52,076 nucleotides of DNA. It comes from a candidate division GN15 bacterium (GTDB lineage: Bacteria; Zixibacteria; MSB-5A5; GN15; FEB-12). The stretch lies in contig WJMS01000015.1 of the NCBI GenBank assembly GCA_014727815.1, positions 1 through 52,076 of the forward strand, given 5' to 3'. The translations under genes and the position numbers were made by a program. Shown piece after piece: positions 18,507 to 28,362 of the stretch. A model generated the notes under the pieces. The model saw only the letters and a program-made list of their open reading frames with translations, did not search any database and was not told where the DNA came from. Numbering within the stretch: the first letter of the stretch is position 1; each line of letters begins with the position of its first letter.

Positions 18507-19417
18507 GTATGAAGGTCGGTTCGCACACCATCGAGCTTTCAAACGAAGACAAGGTGCTGTTTCCGGACAGCGGGATAACGAAGGGACAGTTGATCGACTA
18601 TTACGCTCGCATCGCCGAGACGATGCTGCCGTACCTGGAGGATCGGCCACTGTCCTTGCAGCGTTTTCCCGACGGCATCGACGGCGATGGATTCTATCAG
18701 AAGCAAGTATCGGATTACTTCCCCGACTGGATAAGTCGCATCGAGATTGACGTTGAGGGTGGGCAAAAGACGCAGGTTGTGTGTAACGAGGCGGCAACGC
18801 TGGTGTATCTGGCCAACCAGGCCTGTATCACACCGCATTCATGGCTGAGCCGCCGGGACAAGCTGAATCAGCCGGACCTGATGGTGTTTGATATCGATCC
18901 GCCCACGGATGATTTTGAGCCGGTCCGGGATGCGACGCGCACCCTGTGCGAGTTGCTCGATGACCTGGAACTGCCCTGCTTCCTGCAGACGACCGGTTCA
19001 AAGGGGATACATATAGCGGTGCCGTTGAAGCGCCATCAGGACTTCGACGAGGTGCGTGCCTTCGCACGGGACATAGCTGATTTGCTGGCAAAGCGACATC
19101 CCAAACAGCTGACGGTGGAGCAGCGTAAGGATAAGCGGGGCGACCGGGTGTTTCTCGATACAAACCGCAATGCTTACGGTCAGACGATGGTCACGCCGTA
19201 TTCGGTGCGGCCGCGGCCGGGCGCACCGGTGGCGACACCGATCGAGCGGGACGAACTGGACGATGGAGCCCTGCGGTCCGACCGTTACACGATCAGCAGC
19301 ATCTTTCGTCGGCTGGGCCAGCGCATGGATCCCTGGGGCGGGTTGCGCAAGCATGCGGTTACGCTGTCATCGTCACGAGACAGGCTGGCAGACATAAAGA
19401 AGGCCGACTCGAGATGA
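18503..19417 (+). CDS. LigD primase-polymerase domain (stand-alone)
   Basis: SNEDKVLFP, RFPDGI.G..FYQK, FDIDP (DxD), TTGSKGIH, PYSVR...GAPVATP. Confidence 0.95.
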   Translation: MSMKVGSHTIELSNEDKVLFPDSGITKGQLIDYYARIAETMLPYLEDRPLSLQRFPDGIDGDGFYQKQVSDYFPDWISRIEIDVEGGQKTQVVCNEAATLVYLANQACITPHSWLSRRDKLNQPDLMVFDIDPPTDDFEPVRDATRTLCELLDDLELPCFLQTTGSKGIHIAVPLKRHQDFDEVRAFARDIADLLAKRHPKQLTVEQRKDKRGDRVFLDTNRNAYGQTMVTPYSVRPRPGAPVATPIERDELDDGALRSDRYTISSIFRRLGQRMDPWGGLRKHAVTLSSSRDRLADIKKADSR

Positions 19418-19450
19418 GCCGGCTTCCCGTTCAGCCGTTCCCACGTACAC

Positions 19451-19735
19451 TTAGAAACTTGTTTCTTTCGACGAAAAGGTCTCTCGCAATTGCGACAGCG
19501 ATTCTTCGACCTCATGACGCAGCGGTTCCCACGCATCGGTGCGACTGATCTGCAATTCATTGAGCTTGCCTTCGGTATCGCGCAGGCGAGCTTTGGCGTA
19601 TTCGAGTTTCTTGCTGTACGCCACCTTGGCATCGGCCTCCGCGGCCTGGGCCTTGGCTTTGAGTTCGTTCAGTTGTGACCGAAACTGGTCGAGTTCGCGA
19701 TTGATACGTTCGATGTAGGTTTGTTTGTCCGCCAT
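19451..19735 (-). CDS. Small coiled-coil stress protein
   Basis: KQTYIERINRELDQF...LKAKA..AEADAK; paralog of the next gene; AGGAGG RBS. Confidence 0.75.
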   Translation of the reverse strand: MADKQTYIERINRELDQFRSQLNELKAKAQAAEADAKVAYSKKLEYAKARLRDTEGKLNELQISRTDAWEPLRHEVEESLSQLRETFSSKETSF

Positions 19736-19791
19736 GCCAGCCCTCCTGGGTCGTTGTCGATTGGTTTCGCGACGGCGTCCGGCCGGATCGA

Positions 19792-20082
19792 TCAGCCGAT
19801 CTTCGACAATACGTCGCGGAACTTCTGCTTGGCTTCGTCAAGCTTCACTTCGGCGTCATTGCGAAGTTCGGCGAACTTGTTCTCGGCCGCATTGGACATC
19901 TCGGTCGCTTTCTGCTCCAGCGCCTTCATGCGGGTTTCCAGTTCGCTGATTTCGCGGTTGTAGTCGATTTCCGCCTGGGCGCCGCTTTTCTCGGCTTTCG
20001 CCTTGTACTCGTCTATCTTGGCCTGCCATTCTTTCAGCTGGGCATTCATCTTGTCAACATAGGCTTGCTGTTCATTAGCCAT
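19792..20082 (-). CDS. Small coiled-coil stress protein
   Basis: QQAYVDKMNAQLKEWQAKIDEYKAKA...AQAEI; AAGGAGG RBS. Confidence 0.8.
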   Translation of the reverse strand: MANEQQAYVDKMNAQLKEWQAKIDEYKAKAEKSGAQAEIDYNREISELETRMKALEQKATEMSNAAENKFAELRNDAEVKLDEAKQKFRDVLSKIG

Positions 20083-20169
20083 ACGGACCTCCTTTGGTCG
20101 CGGTACAGGGATATGATATGGGAATACGCGCTTAGAAGTAGTGCTGACGACGTAACCTCATTCGTTACA

Positions 20170-20197
20170 TAGAATGGAATTGCGGACGAGATGTTCC
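20170..20197 (-). promoter_or_regulatory. Putative ECF-sigma promoter (GGAAC-N16-CATTCTA)
   Basis: Motif match just downstream of a terminator and about 90 bp upstream of the coiled-coil genes. Confidence 0.45.
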
Positions 20198-20200
20198 AGG

Positions 20201-20235
20201 AAAGAACCGCCGGACCAAACAGGTCCGGCGGTTTT
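20201..20235 (-). terminator. Rho-independent terminator after the sufB-like gene
   Basis: 12-bp perfect stem aaccgccggacc/ggtccggcggtt with T/A-rich flanks. Confidence 0.8.
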
Positions 20236-20264
20236 AGTGATACGTGTACGGTCGATAGCGGGTG

Positions 20265-21209
20265 CTATGAGCGGCTCAGCAGGCCGTTGATGATCGTTTC
20301 GACGGCGTCATCCTCGGACAGGCCGCGAGCCATCAGGGTTTCCAGCTGTTTGTTGTCGACACTGCCGATGGCGGCCTCGTGGGTGATGTGGGCGCGTGGG
20401 TCGTGCACGTCGACCACCGGCACGGCGGTGGCGACACCGTTGTCCTGCACGATTTCCTTGCAGTCGACATGACCGCGAGCGAAAGGTGCTGACGCTGTGA
20501 GCTTGTTGTACACTTCCGCTTTGGCGTTGTCGCGCACGGCGATCTTGGAGGTGAGCACGCCTTTGGCGTACTCGCCGACCAGATTGGCGGTTTCACTGAT
20601 CTTGATATAGTCATCGGCGCGACCGCTGATGCGCGCATTCATATCGAGAAGGCTGTTGGCCTGGCAGGTAGCTTCGTAGTCGATGTCGATCAGGCCGACC
20701 CGTCCCTCGATGAGTTCGAATTCGGTTTCGAAGCGGGCGCCGGGACCGACCTCGACCAGCGCTTTCGGGTATACCTTCACCCCACCGGCCGGGCTGTGGA
20801 CGTGTTTTTCGAAGTACTTGTACGAGGCGTTCTCGCCGACGCGAAGACGGGCATCCATAATGTGCTGGACATCGACGGCGACCGGAAAGACACAGTGGGC
20901 CAGCAGAGAGATGTGGGCGCCGCTTTCGATGGTGACATCCATGATAATGCGCTGGACGCCGCGGTCGGGAGTCATGCCGAAGCAGAGATGTACGGGCTTT
21001 TTGACGATCGTACCGGAGCGAAGGTTGACGACCACCTTGACGCCGTCATCGAGTTCCTTGGCATCAACATCGAGACCCGGCACGGCATGCATACCGAGCA
21101 CGTGGTTCTCGTTGATGACCAGGTGGGCGACATCGGGATCGTCCAGTTCATGCGGGTCGGTACCGGTGCGGCTGTACAGATCATTTATGACGGTAAGTTC
21201 CTGACTCAT
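20265..21209 (-). CDS. SufB/SufD-family Fe-S scaffold, short SmsB type
   Basis: PVHLCFG, AHCVFP, ARGHVDCKEIV and THEAAIG; 314 aa. Confidence 0.88.
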   Translation of the reverse strand: MSQELTVINDLYSRTGTDPHELDDPDVAHLVINENHVLGMHAVPGLDVDAKELDDGVKVVVNLRSGTIVKKPVHLCFGMTPDRGVQRIIMDVTIESGAHISLLAHCVFPVAVDVQHIMDARLRVGENASYKYFEKHVHSPAGGVKVYPKALVEVGPGARFETEFELIEGRVGLIDIDYEATCQANSLLDMNARISGRADDYIKISETANLVGEYAKGVLTSKIAVRDNAKAEVYNKLTASAPFARGHVDCKEIVQDNGVATAVPVVDVHDPRAHITHEAAIGSVDNKQLETLMARGLSEDDAVETIINGLLSRS

Positions 21210-21946
21210 GCCTGCCCCTCGATGTTGTACAGTTCGGGGACATTTTTGTGGTCACAGGGGATACACTTGTCCTCGAAGTAGTGTCTGATCCTGGCTACCG
21301 AGCCTTTGTCGACGACCTTGCCGTGGCACATGAGAAAGGCGTGCTCGGCCTGATTGAGGACGGCGAGGCTGTGGGTGATCAGTATGACGGTCGTTCCCTG
21401 CTCCTTGAGCAACTTGACGGCATCGAAGATGCGTTCGATCGACTCGATGTCGATGCCGGAGTCGGGTTCATCGAGCAACGCGACTTTTGGTTTCATAGCG
21501 AGGATGGAGGCGAGTTCGACCTTTTTGCGTTCACCACCGCTGAGGGTCTTGTCGACCGCGCGATTGCCGTAGTCATCGGGGTCGAGCCCGACCTGTTCGA
21601 GAATCGCCATCGCATCGACCTTGTCGCCATTAGCCGAGGCGTTGATGAAGGTACGGATCGGCAGGCCTTCGAAGCGGGCCGGCTCCTGCCAGCCGAGGGT
21701 AATGCCCTTGCGGGCGCGCTCATCGATACTCAGTTCGCGAATCGACTGGCCTTCGAACAGAATATCGCCTTCGATATCGGCATATCCGCTCAGACCAATG
21801 ATGGTGGCAGCCAGGGTGGATTTACCGGCGCCGTTGGGGCCGACCACCGCATGCACGTGGCCGTCCCAGAAATCGATCGACACATCGTTGAGAATCTGTC
21901 GACCGCCCAGCGACAGTTTGAGATTTTCAACTGCGAGAATGCCCAT
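21206..21946 (-). CDS. SufC-like ABC ATPase, SmsC type with C-terminal CxxC
   Basis: GPNGAGKST, WQEPARFEG, LSGGERK, DEPDSGID, C-terminal YFEDKCIPCDH; ATG 21946. Confidence 0.88.
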   Translation of the reverse strand: MGILAVENLKLSLGGRQILNDVSIDFWDGHVHAVVGPNGAGKSTLAATIIGLSGYADIEGDILFEGQSIRELSIDERARKGITLGWQEPARFEGLPIRTFINASANGDKVDAMAILEQVGLDPDDYGNRAVDKTLSGGERKKVELASILAMKPKVALLDEPDSGIDIESIERIFDAVKLLKEQGTTVILITHSLAVLNQAEHAFLMCHGKVVDKGSVARIRHYFEDKCIPCDHKNVPELYNIEGQA

Positions 21947-22055
21947 GACTTGTCCTTTCCGGTTGCTGGCGCCGACGGGTCGGGCCCGGTCGGCACAATC
22001 CTGCAATATAAAGAAGATACGGCCGGTCGCTGCCCTTTTTTTCTTCAGCAGCCAA

Positions 22056-23117
22056 TCAATGCTCGCCCATGACGGTAACGCTGTCACCGAGGACATCTTC
22101 GACATACAGCATCTGTATCACGACGATAACGGCTACCGCGAAAGGCGTTGCCAGGAAGACGCCGAGGGCGCCGAAGAGGACGCCCATAACTACCTGCACG
22201 ACAATCAATAACGCCGGAGGCAGGGATACCGCGCGCTTCTGGATGAGCGGTGTAATCAGGTAGCTCTCCATGGCCTGTACGGCGGCATAAACGATCACGA
22301 CGTAGACGGCCAGAATCGGGCTTTCGGCGAGCGCGACCAGAACAGCCGGTATGGCTGAGATGATGGGTCCGACGAACGGCACGAATGAAAGGACCGCCGC
22401 GATCAAACCGAGGGTGAAGGCGAGCGGGACACCGGCTATCCAGAGACCAATACCGGTGAGCAGGCCGACCACGGCCATCGACGCGAACCGTCCGGCCAGC
22501 CACCAGCGGAGGGCGTGTCCGATGGCCGCGCTGATCTCACGTGCGCGCTTGCGCCTGTTTTCCGGCACGAGGCGGATAGCGTTGTCAATGTACAGCCGCG
22601 GGTCAATCGCGAGGTACAAACCGACAAACAGCACCAGCAGAGCCGACAAGAGAGCCCCGACCGTTGTTGAGAAGACACCGGCCACCCGCCCCATGACCTC
22701 GGAACCCGGTGTGACCAGTTCGTCGAGCGTCGGTACATTCTGCAGCAGTTGTCGGCCCCAGGGATTGGCCCGCAGGCTTTCGCGAATGCTCTCGTAGGCG
22801 TCGGGCAGACGTTCCGACAGGCGGACGAACTGTTCGGCAATGCGTGGCCCGAGCAGCCAGCCGATCAGCCCACCGAGTCCGAGCAGGAGCAGGATGACGA
22901 TCCAGAGCGTGAGAATGCGCGGCAGGCGGGTCACTGTCTGCAGCCAGCCGGTCAGGCCGTCGAGGAGGACGGCGAGGAGAACACCGGCAAAAACACCGAG
23001 CAGCATCTGGGCCAGGCTACCGAGGAGGTAGACGACGAGTGCAAAGATGGCCACGATGCCGACGGCGGTCAGTATCTTGCGACTGAAATTGAGCGATCCG
23101 TTGGTGTTGCTGCTCAT
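22056..23117 (-). CDS. AI-2E family transporter
   Basis: FVPFVGPIIS.IP, QAMESYLITP, LPPAL, G.LGVFLATP. Confidence 0.92.
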   Translation of the reverse strand: MSSNTNGSLNFSRKILTAVGIVAIFALVVYLLGSLAQMLLGVFAGVLLAVLLDGLTGWLQTVTRLPRILTLWIVILLLLGLGGLIGWLLGPRIAEQFVRLSERLPDAYESIRESLRANPWGRQLLQNVPTLDELVTPGSEVMGRVAGVFSTTVGALLSALLVLFVGLYLAIDPRLYIDNAIRLVPENRRKRAREISAAIGHALRWWLAGRFASMAVVGLLTGIGLWIAGVPLAFTLGLIAAVLSFVPFVGPIISAIPAVLVALAESPILAVYVVIVYAAVQAMESYLITPLIQKRAVSLPPALLIVVQVVMGVLFGALGVFLATPFAVAVIVVIQMLYVEDVLGDSVTVMGEH

Positions 23118-25861
23118 GAGCGGCTCCTCTTACGGCGGTGACCGATGATTAGTTTGTACACCTGTCCGACAAGCAACGGAAACAGGCTGAGGACGACGAC
23201 TGTAAGCCAACCATCCACTCCCGGTGGCTGCAGGCTCAGCACGTCGGAAATACCGGGCATATAGACCGCACCGAGCAGCAGGCCGAGACAGATGAGAAGC
23301 GCCAGCCAGACGTAGCGGTTGCGGGTAATCTCGTTAAACAACGGGTGTGAATCGGTATCGCGCATATTGAAGATATGGAGCAGGCGCGAAAACGAGAGCG
23401 TCAGGAACGACACGGTCACGGCCTGACTGTGCGGCATGCCGAGCCAGGACATGGCGACGTACAGCGCCAGCAGGATGGCGACTGCGATGACGGCGCCGAA
23501 ACCGCCGATAAAGGCCCAGTGTTGGCGGGCCAGAATCGGTTCGTCGGTGCTTCGCGGCGGGCGATCCATGATTTCGGGCGCCCCCTCCCCCATGCCGAGG
23601 GCGAGCGCGGGAAAGACATCGAGCACGAAATTGAGAAAGAGGATTTGCAGCGGCAGCAATGGCAGCGGACTTCCGGAAACCGAGGCAGCGGCGACCGCGA
23701 TGATCTCTGCGACATTACCGGAGAGCAGATAGAGCACGAAGTTGCGGATGTTGTCGAAGATGACGCGGCCGTGTGCGACGGCAGCGACGATCGTGGCAAA
23801 GGCATCGTCTTTGAGAACCATGTCGGCGGCTTCGCGCGCGACCTGCGTTCCGCGCCGGCCCATGGCGATACCGATGTCCGCTTTTTTGAGCGCCGGAGCA
23901 TCGTTGACGCCGTCGCCGGTCATCGCCACGATACTGCCGTTGTGCTGGTGGGCGCCGATGAGCGTGAGTTTCTGCCTCGGGCTGACACGGGCAAAGATGT
24001 TTGTTGCGAGAATCCGTTCCTTGTCGCCCTGCTCTTCGTCATCGGGGATTTCGTCACCGGTCATTGCGGTCAGATCGTGATCGCGGACCAGACCAATGTC
24101 ATCGGCGATCTTGACGGCCGTGGCAGGCTGATCGCCGGTAACCATGATGACACGGATGCCGGCGTGGCGGCAGCGCTCAAGCGCCTCCGGGATGTCTTCG
24201 CGGGCGGGATCGAGCAGGCCGATCAGGCCTATGAAGACAAGGTCTTGATACGGATCGATATCGGTACTTTCGACCGTGCGGCGGGCTACAGCGAGGACGC
24301 GGAGGCCATCGGCAGCGAGGTTGTCGTTTTTCTCCGTCCATTCCGAGCGACCATCGTCGGTTAACTCCTCTTCACCATCTTTCGTTACAATCTTGCTGGA
24401 GGCTTGCAGCACAGCCTCCGGCGCGCCCTTGACGGCTTCGAAGAAGCCACTTTCTGTCTCGTGGAAGGTGGCCATCATTTTGGTTTCGCGGTCGAAGGCC
24501 TCCTCGCGCTCTTCGGGCATCTCGTCGAGCAGCTGTTTGCGCTCGAGTCCGGCATCGCGGCCGGCGACAAGCAGGGCCAGTTCCATCGGGTCGCCGGTCC
24601 CCTGTTCTTCGTTGTCATCGTCATCTTTATCGTGTAAGGAGGCATTGTTGCAAAGAACGCCGATCTTGAGGGCTTCGTGGAGAGTGTTCTGAGCATCTTC
24701 CTCTTTTGACTCCTCGCCGGACTCTTTTGAGTCGTCACTACCTTCGAATCTATGTTCGGCGAACTGGAGATTGATCTGGCGGAGGGTCATGCGGTTTTCG
24801 GTCAGGGTGCCGGTTTTGTCGGTACAGATGATCGAGGTGGTGCCGAGTGTTTCAACCGAGCCGAGCCGGTTGATGAGCGCGTTGCGCCGGGCCATGCGCA
24901 GCATACCACGGGCGAGGGCGATAGTGGCGACAATGGGGAGACCTTCGGGAACGGCAGCCACGGCCAGGGCAACGGCGGTTTCTATCATGAGAAGTGTATC
25001 GCGACCGCGGAGGATTCCCAGTACGGCTACGATCGCCGTCAGGCCGAGCGTGACCCAGATCAGGCTGCGGCCGAGGCGGTCGAGGCGTCTTTCGATCGGT
25101 GTTTGTTCCGATTCGGCTTCTTCTACCAGTTCGGAAATCCGGCCGAGTTCGGTGTGCATGCCGGTGGCGGCGACAACGCCGTAGCCGGAGCCGCTGGTGA
25201 TGGCGGTGCCTTTAAACAGAGCGCAGGTGCGCTCGCCAATCGACGCATCGGCGTCGACCGGTTCAACCTGCTTGGTGACCGGCACCGACTCGCCGGTCAG
25301 GGCGGACTCGTTCGCCTGAAGTTTCGCGGCTTCGAGAAGGCGAATATCGGCAGTGACAACATCACCCTCGCCAATGATGACGACATCGCCGGGCACCAGT
25401 TCATCGGCGGGGATGTCGCGCTCCTTGCCGTCTCGGCGCACGCGGGCGGAGACGCGCCCCATTTCACGGAGGGCATCCATGGAGCGGACAGCGCGCATTT
25501 CGGTGAAGAAGCCGATGGCGGTGTTGAGGGCGATAGCAATTGCGATCGCGACTGCCTCGACGGCCTGATCAAACGCGGCCGAGAGAATGGCGGCGGCCGC
25601 CAGCAGCCCGATAATGATACTCTTGAACTGGTCGACCAGGATTTCCCAGGTAGAGCGCCGCTCGCTCTCGCGGAGACGGTTGCGACCATGGGTGCGACGG
25701 CGGCGTTCACACTCGGACTCACTGAGACCCTGCTCGGGATCGACGTCGAGTCTCGACAGAACATCGTCGACCGATTCCGACCAGTAGGCCCAGTCGGAGC
25801 GGTCGGCGTCACCGCCCTGCGACCGGTCGTTGGCGCGCTGCTGTTGTGTGTCCGGGGACAT
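23114..25861 (-). CDS. Cation-transporting P-type ATPase (type II, Ca2+-like)
   Basis: LTGES, AVPEGL, DKTGTLT, KGAPE, TGD, GDGVNDAPALKKA. Confidence 0.95.
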   Translation of the reverse strand: MSPDTQQQRANDRSQGGDADRSDWAYWSESVDDVLSRLDVDPEQGLSESECERRRRTHGRNRLRESERRSTWEILVDQFKSIIIGLLAAAAILSAAFDQAVEAVAIAIAIALNTAIGFFTEMRAVRSMDALREMGRVSARVRRDGKERDIPADELVPGDVVIIGEGDVVTADIRLLEAAKLQANESALTGESVPVTKQVEPVDADASIGERTCALFKGTAITSGSGYGVVAATGMHTELGRISELVEEAESEQTPIERRLDRLGRSLIWVTLGLTAIVAVLGILRGRDTLLMIETAVALAVAAVPEGLPIVATIALARGMLRMARRNALINRLGSVETLGTTSIICTDKTGTLTENRMTLRQINLQFAEHRFEGSDDSKESGEESKEEDAQNTLHEALKIGVLCNNASLHDKDDDDNEEQGTGDPMELALLVAGRDAGLERKQLLDEMPEEREEAFDRETKMMATFHETESGFFEAVKGAPEAVLQASSKIVTKDGEEELTDDGRSEWTEKNDNLAADGLRVLAVARRTVESTDIDPYQDLVFIGLIGLLDPAREDIPEALERCRHAGIRVIMVTGDQPATAVKIADDIGLVRDHDLTAMTGDEIPDDEEQGDKERILATNIFARVSPRQKLTLIGAHQHNGSIVAMTGDGVNDAPALKKADIGIAMGRRGTQVAREAADMVLKDDAFATIVAAVAHGRVIFDNIRNFVLYLLSGNVAEIIAVAAASVSGSPLPLLPLQILFLNFVLDVFPALALGMGEGAPEIMDRPPRSTDEPILARQHWAFIGGFGAVIAVAILLALYVAMSWLGMPHSQAVTVSFLTLSFSRLLHIFNMRDTDSHPLFNEITRNRYVWLALLICLGLLLGAVYMPGISDVLSLQPPGVDGWLTVVVLSLFPLLVGQVYKLIIGHRRKRSRS

Positions 25862-25889
25862 AGCTATTCTGGCCCGATTGGTCGAACGA

Positions 25890-27482
25890 TCAGGCGAGCT
25901 GTTTGCGCAGTTCCCGGCGCAGGTCGACATCCCCGACCCGGAGCGCATCGGGGGACGGCAACTCATCGCGACGCATCAGTTCATCGACCGCCGCCAGTTC
26001 TTCACCACGACCGACACCAACTGCGGCCCGTACGGCGTCTCCGTGTACAAAGTAGGCGATGAAGCTTTCGGATTTCACTTCACCGTCAAAGATGATATCG
26101 TCCCATTCGGGGCAGTGACCGACATAGCCGACCTGGAGTTGACCCAGCGAGGTCCAGAAGAACGGCACCCCTCGGTATGTTTCATCGCCACCCGCCATGT
26201 TGGCTCCGGCCAGCCGGCCGTGCTGTTCGGCGGTGCGCCAGTGTTCGATTCGGATCGGCCTGTCGGTGCGCCAGTCGGTAAAGGTGGCGACATCGCCGGC
26301 GGCGTACACGTTGTCGGTCACGCGCAAGTGATCATCAACCCGGACGCTGCCATCGGACTCGAGCTGCAGGCCATCGAGTGTCTTCGTGGCGGGATCAACG
26401 CCAATGCCGACCACGACAAAATCAGCGTCCAGTGACTCGTCGCTGTCCAGGATGACCTTTTCGAGTTTGTCGCTGCCCGCGAACTCGGCGACCCCGGCTT
26501 TCATCTTGAAGGTGATGCCCTCTCCCTCGTAGCGATGCTGGATGGCGCGTCCGAACTGTTCGCCGAAGACCGATTCCATCGGTGTATCCTCCGGCGCGAC
26601 GACGGTCACGGTGACATCCCGTTCTCGCAGGCTGGCCGCGACTTCCATTGCAATAAAGCTGGCGCCGACGACAACCGCTCGTGAGGCATTGTCGGCGGCT
26701 TCGATGATCCGATCCGCGTCATCGTGGCTGCGCAGAGTAAAGACGCCGTCCAGGTCGCTGCCGGGAACGTCGAGCGATCGCGGTACGCCGCCGGTAGCGA
26801 GGAGCAACTGGTCGTATTGAATTGACTCGCCGTCTTTGAATATCGCGGTCTGCTTCTCGGTGTCTATGGCGGTGGCTTCGCGCTCGGACATGATCTCGAT
26901 ACCGTGGTCTTTGTAGAACTTCTCATCGCGAAGTGGAATCCAGTCGGGTTCCGCTTGGCCCTGCAGGTATTCCTTGGACAGGTTGGGTCGATCGTACGGG
27001 AGTCGGGATTCCCTGGTAACCATGACGATTCGTCCGGTGAAACCGTTTTCGCGCATCGACTGGGCAGCAGCGTTGCCGGCGGCGCCGGCGCCGAGGATGA
27101 GGCAGGTGCGGTCACTATCTTTCGTGTCGGTCATGTCGGGTGGACACGAGGCCGGCAGTTGTTCGGGGACACGCACGTACACATCACCGTCCTCTATCTC
27201 CACCGGGTAGCTGCAGAGACCATCGCGAGAGGGCGGTTCCAGCAGATCACCGGAGCGGATGTCAAAGGTGGCGTGGTGCCAGGGGCAGATCAGGCGGTGT
27301 CCGGCCAGGGCGCCCTGTTCAAGGGGAGCGCCATAATGCGGGCAGGAGCCGCTGACGGCGAAGTAGTCCGAGCCGACCCGGCCGAGGACAATCTTCGAGT
27401 CGGCCACCTCGAATGCCCGTTTTTCTCCATCCTGCAATTCATCGGCCGCTACAAGACGTACCTTTTTGTCGCTCATCATCAT
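25890..27482 (-). CDS. Rieske [2Fe-2S] ferredoxin fused to FAD-dependent reductase (AIFM3-like)
   Basis: CPHYG...CPWH Rieske ligands; GAGAAG, PYDRPNLSK, LLLATGG, YAAGD, RIEHW, VPFFWT. Confidence 0.9.
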   Translation of the reverse strand: MMMSDKKVRLVAADELQDGEKRAFEVADSKIVLGRVGSDYFAVSGSCPHYGAPLEQGALAGHRLICPWHHATFDIRSGDLLEPPSRDGLCSYPVEIEDGDVYVRVPEQLPASCPPDMTDTKDSDRTCLILGAGAAGNAAAQSMRENGFTGRIVMVTRESRLPYDRPNLSKEYLQGQAEPDWIPLRDEKFYKDHGIEIMSEREATAIDTEKQTAIFKDGESIQYDQLLLATGGVPRSLDVPGSDLDGVFTLRSHDDADRIIEAADNASRAVVVGASFIAMEVAASLRERDVTVTVVAPEDTPMESVFGEQFGRAIQHRYEGEGITFKMKAGVAEFAGSDKLEKVILDSDESLDADFVVVGIGVDPATKTLDGLQLESDGSVRVDDHLRVTDNVYAAGDVATFTDWRTDRPIRIEHWRTAEQHGRLAGANMAGGDETYRGVPFFWTSLGQLQVGYVGHCPEWDDIIFDGEVKSESFIAYFVHGDAVRAAVGVGRGEELAAVDELMRRDELPSPDALRVGDVDLRRELRKQLA

Positions 27483-27548
27483 CTACCTCCTGCATATGAG
27501 TGTGACGGTGGCCATACGAGTTGGCGTACGGCCACCGTCATGCTTGAC

Positions 27549-28319
27549 TTACCGGGCGGTGTAACCACCGTCGATCACCAGTTCGCTTCCGGTCATGAAC
27601 TTGGATTCATCCGAAGCCAGGAAGAGGATACCGAAGGCGATGTCTTTCGGCTCGCCAACGTGACCTATCGGGTGCAAGCTGTCAAGATGCTGTCGAAACG
27701 CCTCGACACCTCCCTCGGAGCGCTTGCCGAGATCTTCAACCAGCGGTGTCCAGATATAGCCGGGATGAACGGAGTTGACCCGGATGCCATCGTCGGCGTA
27801 CAGCAAGGCATCGGTCTTGGTCATCAACCGTACGGCGCCCTTTGAGGCGTGGTACGACGGGATATCAGGGGCGCTGATAATGCCATAGATCGAGGAGATA
27901 TTGATGATGCTGCCCTTCTTCTGCTGTTTCATATACGGCAGGGCTTCACGTGTACAGAGGAAGACACCATCGGTATTGACAGCCTGGACCTTGCGCCATT
28001 CATCCAGTGTGAGTTCGTGGGTCGGCTTGTTGTCGCCCGCGATGCCGGCGTTATTGACCAGGACATCGATCGTATCGTACTTCTCTTTGATCTCGTTGAA
28101 GATCTTCTTGACTTCCTGTTCGTCGGTAACGTCGAGGTGCCAGTAGGCAGCTTCTCCCCCGGATTTCTTGATTTCCTCGACGACGGCTTTGCCTTCGTTA
28201 TCCTGAAGGTCGACGACGGCGACTTTGGCGCCGTGCTGTGCGAGCAGCAGGCAGCTTTCTCGGCCTATGCCGAGAGCGCCGCCGGTGACAATTGCCGTTT
28301 TACCATCCACTCGTCCCAT
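27549..28319 (-). CDS. SDR-family oxidoreductase
   Basis: TGGALGIG, NNAG, YHASK, VNSVHPG, DGGY; ATG 28319. Confidence 0.93.
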   Translation of the reverse strand: MGRVDGKTAIVTGGALGIGRESCLLLAQHGAKVAVVDLQDNEGKAVVEEIKKSGGEAAYWHLDVTDEQEVKKIFNEIKEKYDTIDVLVNNAGIAGDNKPTHELTLDEWRKVQAVNTDGVFLCTREALPYMKQQKKGSIINISSIYGIISAPDIPSYHASKGAVRLMTKTDALLYADDGIRVNSVHPGYIWTPLVEDLGKRSEGGVEAFRQHLDSLHPIGHVGEPKDIAFGILFLASDESKFMTGSELVIDGGYTAR

Positions 28320-28362
28320 ATCGATTTGCCTCTCTTTCGCTGTCTGAGTTGTTCTATTGTCA

